From assembly GCA_963714015.1 (NCBI GenBank), contig OY970223.1, forward strand, positions 2,304,001-2,368,000: a stretch of DNA of 64,000 nucleotides, written 5' to 3'. The translations under genes and the position numbers were made by a program. Origin of the DNA: Vulcanimicrobiota bacterium. GTDB lineage: Bacteria; Vulcanimicrobiota; Vulcanimicrobiia; Vulcanimicrobiales; Vulcanimicrobiaceae. How positions within the stretch are numbered: the stretch's first letter is position 1; each line of letters begins with the position of its first letter. This document shows positions 45,638-56,566 of this stretch, piece by piece. The notes beneath the pieces are model-generated. The model ran no database searches. It was not told the origin of the DNA and saw only the letters and a list, made by a program, of their open reading frames with translations.

Positions 45638-47778
45638 GCCGAACTCGTGCGCGCCGCCAGCAGCACCAGCGTTCGCCCCGCCATTGCGTACGGCGTTCCG
45701 ATCTCGAATTGCGTACCGGGAGCGAGCCCTACGGGGCGCCGCGTTTCGAAAACGAGCTCCCAGCGGTCGAACGCGCCCGCCTTCGGAAGCGTAAAGTCGA
45801 CGGCGCCCTCGAATGCGTTCATCAGGATCAGAAACGTATCGTCGTATTCGGGATAGCCGCTCAAACTGACGAACCGATCGCCGGTTTCTCCCCCGAGCAG
45901 CGCGCCGAAACAACGGCGGCCGGATTCGCCCCATGCGCTCGGGGTGAGCTCGCCGCCGGCCGGATCGATCCAGCTGATGTCGCGCAGTCCTTCGTGGCGC
46001 GTCACTTGGCCGTGGAAGAAGTTCGTGCGCCGGAAGACGGGATGGGCACGCCGCATCGCGATCAGCTTGCGGGTAAAATCCAGCAGGTCCACGTCGTGTT
46101 CGTGAATCGACGTCCAAGAAATCCAGCCGGTGTCGTTGTCTTGACAATACGCGTTGTTGTTTCCCGACTGGGTATGCGCCAGCTCGTCGCCGCTCAGGAG
46201 CATCGGCGTGCCCTGAGAGAGCAGCAGCGTGGCCAGCAAATTGCGCTTCTGTTGCGATCGCAAATGCAGAACCGCGGGATCGCCGGCCGGTCCTTCCACA
46301 CCGCAGTTCCAGCTGTAGTTCTGATCCGTGCCGTCGCGATTGCCTTCTTGGTTCGGTTCGTTGTGCTTGCGCTCGTAGCTGACGAGATCTTCCAGCGTAA
46401 AGCCGTCGTGCGCGGTGACGAAGTTGATGCTCGCGCGCGGCCGCCGGCCGTTCTTTTCGAAAATGTCGCTCGAGCCCGTCAGCCGGGATGCCATCTCCGG
46501 AATCACTCCGTCGTTGCCTTGCCAAAACCGGCGTACCGTATCGCGGTACTTGTCGTTCCATTCCGACCAGCCCGGCGGAAAATTTCCGAGCTGGTAGCCG
46601 CTGGGGGTCAAATCCCACGGCTCCGCGATCAGCTTCACGCGTGAGAGGACGGGATCTTGCTGCAGCGATGTGACGAAGATGCTCGACCACCAGTCGAATT
46701 CGAAGTCGCGCCGGGCAACGGCCGGCGCAAGATCGAATCGGAAGCCGTCCACGTGCATCTCCGTCACCCAATACCGCAGCGAGTCCGTTACCATCTGCAT
46801 GATGCGAGGATGCTTCAAGTTGAGCGTGTTTCCGCAGCCCGTATAGTCGACGTAGTAGCGCGGATCGTCCGAGAGCCGGTAGTATGACTTGTTGTCGATA
46901 CCCCGAAAACTCAGCGTCGGCCCCAGATGATTCCCCTCGGCGGTGTGATTGTAGACGACGTCGAGAAAGACTTCGATTCCGGCTTCGTGCAGCCGGCGCA
47001 CCATCGTTTTGAACTCGCCCAGCGAGGTGCCGCGCATGTACCGGGCGTCCGGAGCAAAGAAGCCGATGCTGTTGTATCCCCAGTAGTTGCGCAGCTTGCG
47101 CTCGACCAAATAGCGATCGTCGACGAAGGCGTGCACCGGCAGCAGCTCGACCGCGCTGATCCCGAGCTGCACCAAGTGCTCGATGACGGCAGGAGCGCTG
47201 ACGCCCTCGAACGTTCCGCGTGCTTCCGGCGGCACGAGCGGATGCTTCATCGTAAATCCTCGAACGTGCAGCTCGTAGATGATGGTGTTCGGCCAGCGCG
47301 TATGCAGCAGCCGGTCGTTACCCCATGTGAACGCGGTATCGACGACGACGCACTTGGGCATCGCGGCAGCGTTGTCGCGCCGGTCGAAGGAGAGATCCGC
47401 GCGCGGCGATCCGACGCGGTAACCGAAATTCGCATCGCTCCATCGCACGGCGCCCTGGAGACGCTTCGCGTACGGATCGAGCAGCAGTTTGTGATGGTTG
47501 AAACGGTGACCGTGCTCCGGATCGTATGGCCCGTAGACGCGATATCCGTAAAGCATCCCCGGTTCTGCTTCGGGAAGATAGCAGTGCCAGACTTGATCGG
47601 TGTATTCGGGCAGCGTCACGCGCCGCAGCTCGCGGTTTCCGCGTGGATCGAAGATGCACAGATCGACCTTCTCCGCGTGCTCGGAAAACAGCGCGAAATT
47701 GACGCCGCGGCCGTCCCAGGTGGCGCCCAGCGGATACGGCCGTCCAGGAAGAACGGCCGCGCGAACCAGGGGTCTCAT
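45634..47778 (-). CDS. glgX: Glycogen debranching enzyme
   Basis: YPLGATWDG, NYWGY, DVVYNH, DGFRFDL, AEPWD, NNNAYCQDN. Confidence 0.97.
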   Translation of the reverse strand: MRPLVRAAVLPGRPYPLGATWDGRGVNFALFSEHAEKVDLCIFDPRGNRELRRVTLPEYTDQVWHCYLPEAEPGMLYGYRVYGPYDPEHGHRFNHHKLLLDPYAKRLQGAVRWSDANFGYRVGSPRADLSFDRRDNAAAMPKCVVVDTAFTWGNDRLLHTRWPNTIIYELHVRGFTMKHPLVPPEARGTFEGVSAPAVIEHLVQLGISAVELLPVHAFVDDRYLVERKLRNYWGYNSIGFFAPDARYMRGTSLGEFKTMVRRLHEAGIEVFLDVVYNHTAEGNHLGPTLSFRGIDNKSYYRLSDDPRYYVDYTGCGNTLNLKHPRIMQMVTDSLRYWVTEMHVDGFRFDLAPAVARRDFEFDWWSSIFVTSLQQDPVLSRVKLIAEPWDLTPSGYQLGNFPPGWSEWNDKYRDTVRRFWQGNDGVIPEMASRLTGSSDIFEKNGRRPRASINFVTAHDGFTLEDLVSYERKHNEPNQEGNRDGTDQNYSWNCGVEGPAGDPAVLHLRSQQKRNLLATLLLSQGTPMLLSGDELAHTQSGNNNAYCQDNDTGWISWTSIHEHDVDLLDFTRKLIAMRRAHPVFRRTNFFHGQVTRHEGLRDISWIDPAGGELTPSAWGESGRRCFGALLGGETGDRFVSLSGYPEYDDTFLILMNAFEGAVDFTLPKAGAFDRWELVFETRRPVGLAPGTQFEIGTPYAMAGRTLVLLAARTSSA

Positions 47779-47785
47779 TTGCGAG

Positions 47786-49669
47786 CTATTCGGGAACCAG
47801 AAGCAGCGCGCCGAGCGGCGGCAACGTGAGAACCACCGATTGGTCCCGGCCGTCCCACGGCACGCGCTCGACGGCAATCGCACCCGGGTTGGTCACTCCC
47901 GATCCGCCGTAAGCGGCGGCGTCGGAGTTCAACACTTCGCGATACGCGCGCGCATGCGGCACGCCGATCCGGAATCCACCGCGGACGACCGGCGTGAAGT
48001 TGCAGATCGCTACCGCCGACCGGCCTTGCGAACTCCAGCGCGCGAAAGCGATGACGCCCGCGCCGGCATCCTGCGCGAGCCATTCGAAGCCCTCGGACAC
48101 CGCGTCGCGTTGATACAACGCCGGCGTACTGCGATAGAGCGCGTTCAGGTCCGCGATCAGCCGCTGCACCCCTGCGTGCAGCGGATCGTCGAGCAAATGC
48201 CAGTCCAGACTCCGTTCGTGACTCCACTCGCCCTCTTGAGCGAACTCGTTGCCCATAAAGAGCAGTTTCTTGCCCGGATGGGCGTACATATAGGCGTAGA
48301 GCAGGCGAACGTTCGCGAAACGCTGCCAGCGATCGCCGGGCATCCGCGCCAGGATCGATCCCTTGCCGTGAACGACCTCATCGTGGGAAAGCGGCAGCAC
48401 GTAGTTTTCGCTGAACGCGTACAGCAGCGAGAACGTCAGCCGGTCGTGGTGGTACTTCCGATGCACCGGATCGCGGCTCATGTATTCGAGCGTATCGTGC
48501 ATCCAGCCCATGTTCCATTTGTAGCCGAAGCCAAGACCGCCCCCGTACGTCGGAGCGGAGACTTTCGGCCACGCGGTCGACTCCTCGGCTACGGTGAACG
48601 CGTCCGGATGCGCTCCATAGACCGACTCGTTCATGCTGCGCAGAAACGCAATCGCTTCCAGATTCTCCCGGCCGCCGTAACGGTTGGGAACCCACTCGCC
48701 CGAGTGCCGGCTATAATCCAAGTACAGCATCGAGGCCACCGCATCGACGCGAAGTCCGTCCACGCCGTACTCGCCTATCCAAAAGAGCGCGTTGGAGATG
48801 AGATAATTCGCGACCTCGCGACGGCCTAAATTGTAGACGCAAGTGTTCCAGTCCGGGTGCCAGCCTTGGCGCGGATCGGCATGTTCGTAGAGATGCGTTC
48901 CGTCGAAAAGCGTAAGGCCGTGCTCGTCGTTCGGAAAATGTCCCGCGACCCAATCGAGAAGCACGCCGATACCGTGCTCGTGCGCCGCGCGAACGAATCG
49001 ATAGAAATCGTCGGGCGTTCCGTACCGGCTCGTGGGTGCGAAGAGTCCGATGGGCTGATAGCCCCAGGAACCGTCGAACGGATACTCCGAGACCGGAAGC
49101 AGCTCGACGTGCGTGAACCCCATTTGCTTGACGTAAGGTATCAGTTCGTCCGCAAGTTCGCGGTACGTCAAAAACCTGTTGCCTTCTTCGGGCCGGCGCT
49201 TCCACGATCCCAAATGCACCTCGTAGATCGTCATGGGCGACTCGCGATCGTTCGGAACGCCGGCGCGGGCCGGCGTGCCGTATCGTCGCGACGGCAGTGT
49301 GGCGACAATCGAAGCCGTTGCGGGACGCAGCTCCGCGGCAAACCCGTACGGATCCGCTTTGAAAGGCAGCGGCGTTCCGGCCGCGTCCCGCACCGCAAAT
49401 TTGTAACGCTGCCCTTCCTGCGCGCGCGGAACGAAGCGCTCCCAGACTCCGCAATCCCAGCGCTTGTCCATCGGATCGGCGCTATCGTTCCAACCGTTGA
49501 AGTCGCCGACGACGCTTACTGCCGCCGCGTCCGGCGCCCATACCGCAAAGCCCGTGCCGGCGACGCCGTCCCGCTCCATCGGATGTGCGCCGAGTTTGAA
49601 ATAAGCTTGCCGGTGCGTGCCTTCGGCAAGTAAATGGGCATCCAACTCTCCCAGAATCCGGGCCGGCAT
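47786..49669 (-). CDS. glgB: 1,4-alpha-glucan branching enzyme (short N-terminus)
   Basis: [39 protein letters not shown]. Confidence 0.97.
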   Translation of the reverse strand: MPARILGELDAHLLAEGTHRQAYFKLGAHPMERDGVAGTGFAVWAPDAAAVSVVGDFNGWNDSADPMDKRWDCGVWERFVPRAQEGQRYKFAVRDAAGTPLPFKADPYGFAAELRPATASIVATLPSRRYGTPARAGVPNDRESPMTIYEVHLGSWKRRPEEGNRFLTYRELADELIPYVKQMGFTHVELLPVSEYPFDGSWGYQPIGLFAPTSRYGTPDDFYRFVRAAHEHGIGVLLDWVAGHFPNDEHGLTLFDGTHLYEHADPRQGWHPDWNTCVYNLGRREVANYLISNALFWIGEYGVDGLRVDAVASMLYLDYSRHSGEWVPNRYGGRENLEAIAFLRSMNESVYGAHPDAFTVAEESTAWPKVSAPTYGGGLGFGYKWNMGWMHDTLEYMSRDPVHRKYHHDRLTFSLLYAFSENYVLPLSHDEVVHGKGSILARMPGDRWQRFANVRLLYAYMYAHPGKKLLFMGNEFAQEGEWSHERSLDWHLLDDPLHAGVQRLIADLNALYRSTPALYQRDAVSEGFEWLAQDAGAGVIAFARWSSQGRSAVAICNFTPVVRGGFRIGVPHARAYREVLNSDAAAYGGSGVTNPGAIAVERVPWDGRDQSVVLTLPPLGALLLVPE

Positions 49670-49676
49670 GCAGCGG

Positions 49677-51394
49677 CTATTCCCCGAAGGACCAGCGGAC
49701 ACTCCAAGCCGGAGCGGTCTGCGCATCGAAGCCCGGCGTTGCGAAGATTCGATCGCCTTCCGGTTGCGAAAAACCGTCCTGCGGACGCTCGCCCAGATTC
49801 GTCTCGAGTCGCAGACGGATGCCGCCGGGCAAATTCCACCACGCCGCTAGTCCGGCAGCGCCGACGAGTTCGAAGCTTCCCACATCGTTTGCAAGGGGAA
49901 GGAGCGGCTCGATGCGATTGCGGCGTATCCGCAGCAGCTCGCGATAGAACTGCAGTGAGGAAGCATGCGGTTCCAGCGCGCGTTCTTCCCAGCGCAGCTT
50001 GCTTCTTTCGAATGTCCGAGCAGCACCCGCAGCGGGAATCGGAGGAGCTTTAGCGTTTTGAAACTGCGCCAAGCCCGCGAACTCACTGCGTCGCCCTTGG
50101 GTGACGCGTTTGGCGAGATTGGGTTCGAAATCGCAAAAGAACAGAAACGGCGTCGATGCGTCCCATTCCTCCCCCATGAAAAGCAGCGGTACGGGCGGTG
50201 CTAACATCAGCGCGGCAATCCCGGCACGCACAGCCGGCTGCGGCGCGAGACGACCAATGCGTTCTCCGAACGGCCGGTTGCCGATTTGATCGTGGTTCTG
50301 CAGATACTCGACGCGCAGCGTCCCATTGGAGGTAAGGGCTTTGCCGAGGCGTTCGATCGGCGAATCGAGGAACGCTCCGAAGTAGTCGCCGCGCTCGCCC
50401 GTAATCGACACGTGAAGCGAGTGGTGCGCATCGTCGCTCCAGCGTCCGTCGAACGGCTGCAAGCGTTCCCCAGAGAGTTCATTCTTCACGTCCTCGGCGA
50501 CGAGGTGAACACGCCGCCCGGCCGATTCCCGGGCCCGCCGGCAGATTTCGTCCACCACATGCCGCTCGCGTGAGTCCGAGATCATCGGCACGGCATCGAG
50601 CCGGAGTCCGTCGAAGCCGTATTCGACCAGCCAATAACAGGCGTTGTCGATCGCGTATGCGCGAACGGGATCGTTGCCGGCCGAGCTGTAGTCGATGCCG
50701 GCGCCCCATGGCGTGCGCAATGCGCTCGCTGAAGAACTGGGGCGCGTAGCGCGTCAAATAATTGCCTTCGGGGCCGAAATGGTTGTACACGACGTCCAGC
50801 AGCACCGTCAGACCGTGAGCGTGCGCCTGGACGACGAAACGTTTGAGATCTTCCGGACGGCCGTAGCGATGATTGGGTGCGTAATGCAGAACGCCGTCGT
50901 ATCCCCAATTACGATCTCCGGGCGCTTGCGAGAGCGGCATCAACTCGATCGTCGTCACACCCAGCTCGGCAATTTCTGCTAAGTGAAGGGCAGGCTGCTG
51001 CGTACGTTCCTTGCGGCGTGAATGCACCGACGTGCAACTCGTAGACGACCGAACGCGGAAACTCCGCCGCAACGAACTCATCTTCAGGCCATTCGAAAGC
51101 GTACGGGTCCACCACTTCGCCGGCGCGCTCCGGGCCTTCGGGTTGAAAGCGCGAGGCGGGATCCGCCACGCGAAGTTCACCGTCTATTTCGTACAGATAG
51201 CGGCTGCCGGCACGGGCCGACTTCTCCAGTACTTCGTGCCAGCCGGCGTCCGCCGCCGGGGTCATCGGGACGACGCGTTCGCCGGCATCGAAGAGAACGA
51301 CGGCGACACTGCGCGCCGCCGGAGCCCAAAGGCGAAATCGAACGCCGTCTTCACATACGTGGGCGCCCCACGCCGCCTGATATCCGCGTCGCAT
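49677..51394 (-). CDS. treZ: Malto-oligosyltrehalose trehalohydrolase, frameshifts near 50993 and 50721
   Basis: [56 protein letters not shown] spread over three frames. Confidence 0.9.
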
Positions 51395-51497
51395 CCGCTG
51401 GCAGATACGAACCCCTCCGCGTGCGGCCCTTCGGCAATCGCCGCAAATGAAAAGAGAGCCGGCGGCGGCTCTCTTTCTTAGTTCGGATGCGGGCTCG

Positions 51498-51782
51498 CTA
51501 CTGAACCTTGAAGACGGCGACCAAACCCTTGATGAGCGAAAGTTTGATGTTGTCGTTCGGTTTGGCTTTGCTGAAGTCGACGTTCGCGCGATCCGTCGTA
51601 AGCGTCGTCTCCATCCCGTTGTCCATTTTGACGAGCATGTGCTTACCGTCGACGATCTTCTCGACCACGGCGGTGTAGGTTCCGTCCGGAATCAGGGACG
51701 CATCTACAGTATTGCCGGCATGCGCCGCTACCGGAAAGGCGACGGAGGCAATCAGGGCCAGTAAGCTCAGCGGTTTTAGCAC
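51498..51782 (-). CDS. Small secreted beta-rich hypothetical protein
   Basis: GGAG SD; signal peptide ending AHA. Confidence 0.75.
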   Translation of the reverse strand: MLKPLSLLALIASVAFPVAAHAGNTVDASLIPDGTYTAVVEKIVDGKHMLVKMDNGMETTLTTDRANVDFSKAKPNDNIKLSLIKGLVAVFKVQ

Positions 51783-51851
51783 GGTAACTCCATATTTGCA
51801 ATAACGTTGAGAAAGGTAGGTCGTTTCGAAGGCACAGTGCCCGGTCCTAGC

Positions 51852-53918
51852 CTAGGATGATAGCGCAAGTGATCCCTGGTCCTCTAGAGCCGAATGGCCG
51901 TTTTTCGAATTGAGCGCGGTCCCCTGGACTTGGAACTGTCCGACGAGCCCATTCAGCTCGGATGCTTGCTCCAGCACTTCACCGGCTTGGCCGGCAACGT
52001 CGGTCACGGCATCCGAATTGGCGCGTCCCAAGTCCGAAGTGTGGCCGATGGTTTGTCCCAGGGACTCGACCGCTATCTGCTGCTCCTGGCTCGCCATGGC
52101 GACCTGGCCGGTTCGGCGCTCGATCTCCGAAACGCTTTCCAGTATCTGGTTGGAGGTAATGGCTTGCTCGCGCATGGTCGCCGCTGCCTCGTGCGTCATA
52201 GCGCCCATCTGCTCGCTGGCCTTAGCAAGCTCTTCGGAAGCGCGCGCCTGCTCGGTGGTCGCAATGCTGATCTCGCTGACGAGTTGCGCCATCTCGGTGA
52301 CGCGCCCGCTGATGGTCTCGATCATTTCGGTGACGGAGCGGGCAGACACCGCATTGTCCTGCACCAAATTATTCGCTCGCGCCGTGCGCTCGAGCACCGC
52401 GGTCGTGCGGCGCTGAATATCCGCAACCAGGGTTCCGATTTGCTTGGTCGAGCTGGCAGAGTTCTCGGCTAGTTTCCGAACCTCGTCCGCCACGACGGCA
52501 AAGCCGCGGCCGTGCTCGCCCGCGCGCGCCGCTTCGATTGCGGCGTTGAGCGCCAGAAGATTCGTCTGGTCGGCAATTTCTTCGATCAATCCCAAAATTT
52601 CGCCGATTTGACGCGATGCTTGGTCCAAGCTTTGCATCTCGGTTACGACGTCGGCGACCGTGTCGCTGATGCTGGACATACCTTTGGAGAGCTGCGCCAC
52701 TTCGTTGCGGCCCTCACGCACGCGCTGATCGGTATTCGTCGACTCTTGACGCACCCGTTCGGCGTTGCCGGCGACTTGCACGATCGACGCGGACATCTCT
52801 TGAGTGTTCGTAACGGCCTGCTCTACGACGGTAGCCAGATTGAGCAGGTTCTGATCCATTTCTTGAATCGACGCGGTCATCTCCGCAACTGCGCTGGAGA
52901 TGTCGGTGACGCGTCGTGCGACCTGTTCGGCGTTGTCGGCGACGGTGCCGGCCGTGGCGCGCACGGATGTCGAAAATTCCGCCGCTCTGCCTAGGGCCAT
53001 GAGTTCTTCGTTGACGCGCGCAGCGACTTGGCGAGCCGTGTCGTTCGTGTGCGAACTTGCGCTTTGCACGGTCGTGACGGCGTGCTGAATCGTTGCAATG
53101 ATCGTCGAGAGCCGGCCTCCGAGCTGATCCACCGCTTGACCCAAGCGTCCGAGCAGGTCTTTGCCTTGATATCCGACGCGGGCGGTGAGATCGCCGCGTC
53201 CCATTGCTTCGAAAACCTCGAGGCAACGCTCGAGCCCTTGCCGCATCGCCCGGCGGAACCATCCCATCGCGAAGAACGCGATGAGGCAGGCGACGAGCGC
53301 GCCGGTAATCAGCACGAGCAGGGCAAAATTGCGCGCGCCCATAAGTGCGTTGAACCGGGCGTCCGAACTGTTGCGCAGCGCGTTTAGAACGGCTTCGCCA
53401 TCGGCGCTTTGCTGCGCGTATGACGTAGAAGCGGAACCTTGTATCTGCTTGAGCGCATCTGCTTTTTTACCTTGCGAGAGCAATCCGACCGCAGCCAGCG
53501 CCTGAAAATCGTAGTCGTCGACGCTGCCTTGGGCGTTCGTTTTGTCGTCGTGCAGGCCGACGAATTTCTGAACCAGCGGGCGAACCGCGAGGTCGGATCC
53601 GGTCAGTTTGCCCATTGCGCGAGAATCGTCGGGGAATTGCGCAACGAGCGTCTTTGCTTTTGCAAGTGCGTCGGCCGCTTTTGCGGAGTCGGGGTTCGTC
53701 GCCGCGTCAATCGTCGCAGCCCGCAGCGAATCGGCGTCGGCAGCGACCTTCACGTAAGCCAGTTCGCCGCGAATGATCGTGTCGTGCAGAACTTGAGCTT
53801 GCTGCGTGATTCCGTTCATCGCAAAGAGCGCGAGCGGAATCATCGCTATCACCACGAGAATGACCAGCGCAAAAGCCGACGTGAGGCCTCGTTCAAGGCT
53901 CGTACGATGTGCGTCCAT
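51852..53918 (-). CDS. Methyl-accepting chemotaxis protein
   Basis: Two TM helices, [41 protein letters not shown]. Confidence 0.97.
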   Translation of the reverse strand: MDAHRTSLERGLTSAFALVILVVIAMIPLALFAMNGITQQAQVLHDTIIRGELAYVKVAADADSLRAATIDAATNPDSAKAADALAKAKTLVAQFPDDSRAMGKLTGSDLAVRPLVQKFVGLHDDKTNAQGSVDDYDFQALAAVGLLSQGKKADALKQIQGSASTSYAQQSADGEAVLNALRNSSDARFNALMGARNFALLVLITGALVACLIAFFAMGWFRRAMRQGLERCLEVFEAMGRGDLTARVGYQGKDLLGRLGQAVDQLGGRLSTIIATIQHAVTTVQSASSHTNDTARQVAARVNEELMALGRAAEFSTSVRATAGTVADNAEQVARRVTDISSAVAEMTASIQEMDQNLLNLATVVEQAVTNTQEMSASIVQVAGNAERVRQESTNTDQRVREGRNEVAQLSKGMSSISDTVADVVTEMQSLDQASRQIGEILGLIEEIADQTNLLALNAAIEAARAGEHGRGFAVVADEVRKLAENSASSTKQIGTLVADIQRRTTAVLERTARANNLVQDNAVSARSVTEMIETISGRVTEMAQLVSEISIATTEQARASEELAKASEQMGAMTHEAAATMREQAITSNQILESVSEIERRTGQVAMASQEQQIAVESLGQTIGHTSDLGRANSDAVTDVAGQAGEVLEQASELNGLVGQFQVQGTALNSKNGHSALEDQGSLALSS

Positions 53919-53928
53919 ATCGTGTTGG

Positions 53929-53956
53929 TTGTCGGCCGTCCGGCTCGAAAAGGTTA
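53929..53956 (-). promoter_or_regulatory. Putative sigma28 (FliA/SigD) promoter of the MCP gene
   Basis: TAAC-N16-GCCGACAA versus consensus TAAA-N15/16-GCCGATAA. Confidence 0.55.
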
Positions 53957-54024
53957 ATAGTCACAGGTTACTCGCAAGGAGACCGCAGGCCGCCGCGTCA
54001 ACCCTCTTCGGAACTCCGGCCGAC

Positions 54025-54072
54025 CCGCTATAAGTAGTAGGGTTTTCGATAGTGAGGCCCAATATATTGGGT
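54025..54072. promoter_or_regulatory. Tandem NrdR-box-like operators
   Basis: ccgCTATAAGTAGtag (54025) and gccCAATATATTGggt (54057), 32 bp apart. Confidence 0.55.
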
Positions 54073-54129
54073 TTGAACGGCTAGCGGGCGGACCGGCGGC
54101 GACTTCTCTTCGGGGGCTATTCAAGACGC

Positions 54130-55344
54130 ATGAAGCACGAGACCGTGGCGGGGCTCGACATCGGTACCACCAAGACGTGCGCGGTGGTGGCCGCTGACGG
54201 TCCGAGCGGTCTCGAAATCATCGGATACGGCGAAGCGCCGTCGCTCGGCATGCGCAAGGGGGTCGTCACGGATCTCGACGAGACGATCAGGTCCATCGAA
54301 GCGGCGACCGAGAAGGCGGAGCGCATGGCGGGTGTACACATACAGGACGTCTTTGTCGCGATCACCGGCGAGCACATCCGCAGCACCAACAATCGCGCCG
54401 TCGTTGCGGTGCAAAGCGAGGATCGCGAAGTCGGCATCGGCGACGTGCGCCGCGTCGTCGACGCGAGCAAGATCATCAATCTGCCTGCGGATCGACAAAT
54501 CATACACGCGCTGCCGCGTTACTTCACCGTCGACGGTCAGGACGGCGTCGAGGACCCGGTCGGCATGGCGGGCGGGCGCCTCGAAGTGGATACCCACATC
54601 ATCACGGGCGGATCGTCCTTCATCACCAACGTCCTCAAGTGCGTGCATCGCGCAGGACTCGAAAGCGCCGGTTTGGTTTTCGAACCGCTGGCAAGCTCCG
54701 CCGCGACGCTTCTGGCGGAAGAGAAGCAGGTCGGAGTCGTATTGCTCGACATCGGCGGCGGCACCACGGACATTGCCGTTTACTCCGGAGGGGGCGCGAT
54801 TTACACCTCGACGATCCCGGTCGGAGGCAACATTCTCACCAACGACATTTCCCTCGGGCTCAAGACGACGAGTGCCGAAGCGGAGCAAATAAAGCGCGCT
54901 TACGGAGCGGGCCGCGACGGTTCGCCGGAGCAGATCTTTCCGGTGAAGACGCTGGACGGCCGAGCTACGAAGGACGCTACGACGGCGCAGCTGCGCCAAA
55001 TCGTGCTGCCTCGCGTCGTAGAGACGTTCCGGATGGCCAAGGGCAAGATCATCGAAAACGTTCCGCGGGATCTGGTGCTCGGAGAAGTCGTCATCACCGG
55101 CGGCGGCGCGCATTTGATCGGCATCGAAGCGATCGCGGAAGAAGTCTTCGGTTTGCCGATTCGGGTCGGATCGCCGAGCGCCGTTGCCGGATTGACCGAC
55201 GCCCTCAAGCAGCCCGAGTACGCGACGGCAATCGGACTCATCTTATTCGGACCGAACGGCGGTCTGGACAACCATCAGTACATCAAAAGAAGCCCCTCGG
55301 TTTTTGCCAAGGTTCGCTCGTGGCTGGGCGATCTGTGGAACTGA
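54130..55344 (+). CDS. ftsA: Cell division protein FtsA
   Basis: [35 protein letters not shown]. Confidence 0.97.
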   Translation: MKHETVAGLDIGTTKTCAVVAADGPSGLEIIGYGEAPSLGMRKGVVTDLDETIRSIEAATEKAERMAGVHIQDVFVAITGEHIRSTNNRAVVAVQSEDREVGIGDVRRVVDASKIINLPADRQIIHALPRYFTVDGQDGVEDPVGMAGGRLEVDTHIITGGSSFITNVLKCVHRAGLESAGLVFEPLASSAATLLAEEKQVGVVLLDIGGGTTDIAVYSGGGAIYTSTIPVGGNILTNDISLGLKTTSAEAEQIKRAYGAGRDGSPEQIFPVKTLDGRATKDATTAQLRQIVLPRVVETFRMAKGKIIENVPRDLVLGEVVITGGGAHLIGIEAIAEEVFGLPIRVGSPSAVAGLTDALKQPEYATAIGLILFGPNGGLDNHQYIKRSPSVFAKVRSWLGDLWN

Positions 55345-55373
55345 TACCACTCTTTACGGAGGAATCTCTGACA

Positions 55374-56447
55374 ATGGCTGACGCAAAGCGCTACGTCCCC
55401 GAGCACGCGGCAACGATCAAAGTCATCGGCGTAGGCGGCGGCGGCTGCAACGCCGTGAACCGCATGATCGAAGCCGGCCTATCCGGCGTCGACTTCTTCG
55501 CGGTAAATTCAGACGTGCAAGCGTTGCGCAGCACGTTGACGGAAAACACGGTCCAGATAGGCAGCAATCTCACCCGCGGATTGGGCGCGGGCGCAAATCC
55601 TACGCTGGCGCGCGAAGCGGCTGAGGATTCGCGCGAGGATCTCGCTATGATCATCGAGGGCGCGGACCTGGTGTTCATTACTGCCGGCATGGGCGGCGGC
55701 ACGGGCACGGGGGCGGCTCCCGTCATCGCGGAGATTGCGCGCGAGAGCGGCGCCTTGACGGTCGCGGTAGTTACCAAGCCGTTCGCGTTCGAAGGCCGCA
55801 AACGCATGCAAGTCGCCGAGAACGGCATCACTGAATTGGAAGCCAAGGTGGACACGCTGATCACGATCCCGAACGAGCGGATTCTGCAGGTCATAGAAAA
55901 GCGCACGCCGCTCAATGAAGCATTCTCTTACGCAGACGACGTCCTGCGCCAGGGCATTCAGGGAATATCGGATCTCATCACGCAGCCCGGTTTGATCAAC
56001 CTCGACTTCGCGGACGTCAAGACGATCATGTCGGACGCGGGGAGCGCGATGATGGGCATCGGCGAAGGCACCGGCGAGCACCGTGCGGCGGACGCGGCGC
56101 AGAAAGCCATCGCATCGCCCCTACTGGAGACGACGATCGAAGGCGCGCGCGGCGTGATATTCAACATCACCGGCGGGCCCGACATGGCGATGTACGAAGT
56201 CAACGAAGCCGCCGAGATGATCAGCCGAGCCGTCGACAGCGACGCTCAGATCATTTTCGGTGCCGGCATCGATCCCAACATGACGGGTAAAGTGCGCGTT
56301 ACCGTGCTCGCGGCGGGTTTCGGGGGCGGTCATCAGTACCAGCGCGCGCGCAGCACGTTCAACTTGTCGGAATCGAAGATCGACGCGGTTGCGCCCCTGA
56401 ATATGGACGACATCGAAGTGCCGGCGTTCTTGCGGTATCGCGGTTGA
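55374..56447 (+). CDS. ftsZ: Cell division protein FtsZ
   Basis: [28 protein letters not shown]-terminal [15 protein letters not shown]. Confidence 0.99.
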   Translation: MADAKRYVPEHAATIKVIGVGGGGCNAVNRMIEAGLSGVDFFAVNSDVQALRSTLTENTVQIGSNLTRGLGAGANPTLAREAAEDSREDLAMIIEGADLVFITAGMGGGTGTGAAPVIAEIARESGALTVAVVTKPFAFEGRKRMQVAENGITELEAKVDTLITIPNERILQVIEKRTPLNEAFSYADDVLRQGIQGISDLITQPGLINLDFADVKTIMSDAGSAMMGIGEGTGEHRAADAAQKAIASPLLETTIEGARGVIFNITGGPDMAMYEVNEAAEMISRAVDSDAQIIFGAGIDPNMTGKVRVTVLAAGFGGGHQYQRARSTFNLSESKIDAVAPLNMDDIEVPAFLRYRG

Positions 56448-56490
56448 TCCGGCCCTAGGAGAGTATCCTAGGCTCGCGTACCGCGGAAAG

Positions 56491-56530
56491 ATGGGAACGC
56501 TCCGGAGAGGCTTCCGGGGCGTTTCCATTT
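56491..56530. terminator. Hairpin between the convergent ftsZ and ettA genes
   Basis: ATGGGAACGCTCCGGA-GAGGCT-TCCGGGGCGTTTCCAT. Confidence 0.7.
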
Positions 56531-56566
56531 GCGCTCGTACTTCGTGTGAAGAGTCGGGCTAGGCCC

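Noticed and set aside
43757..46771. 1004-aa MalQ (and likewise the 602-aa FtsZ at 54639) as fusion proteins
   Set aside because: The extensions are off-frame overlaps of glgX and ftsA; the real starts are 45637 and 55374.
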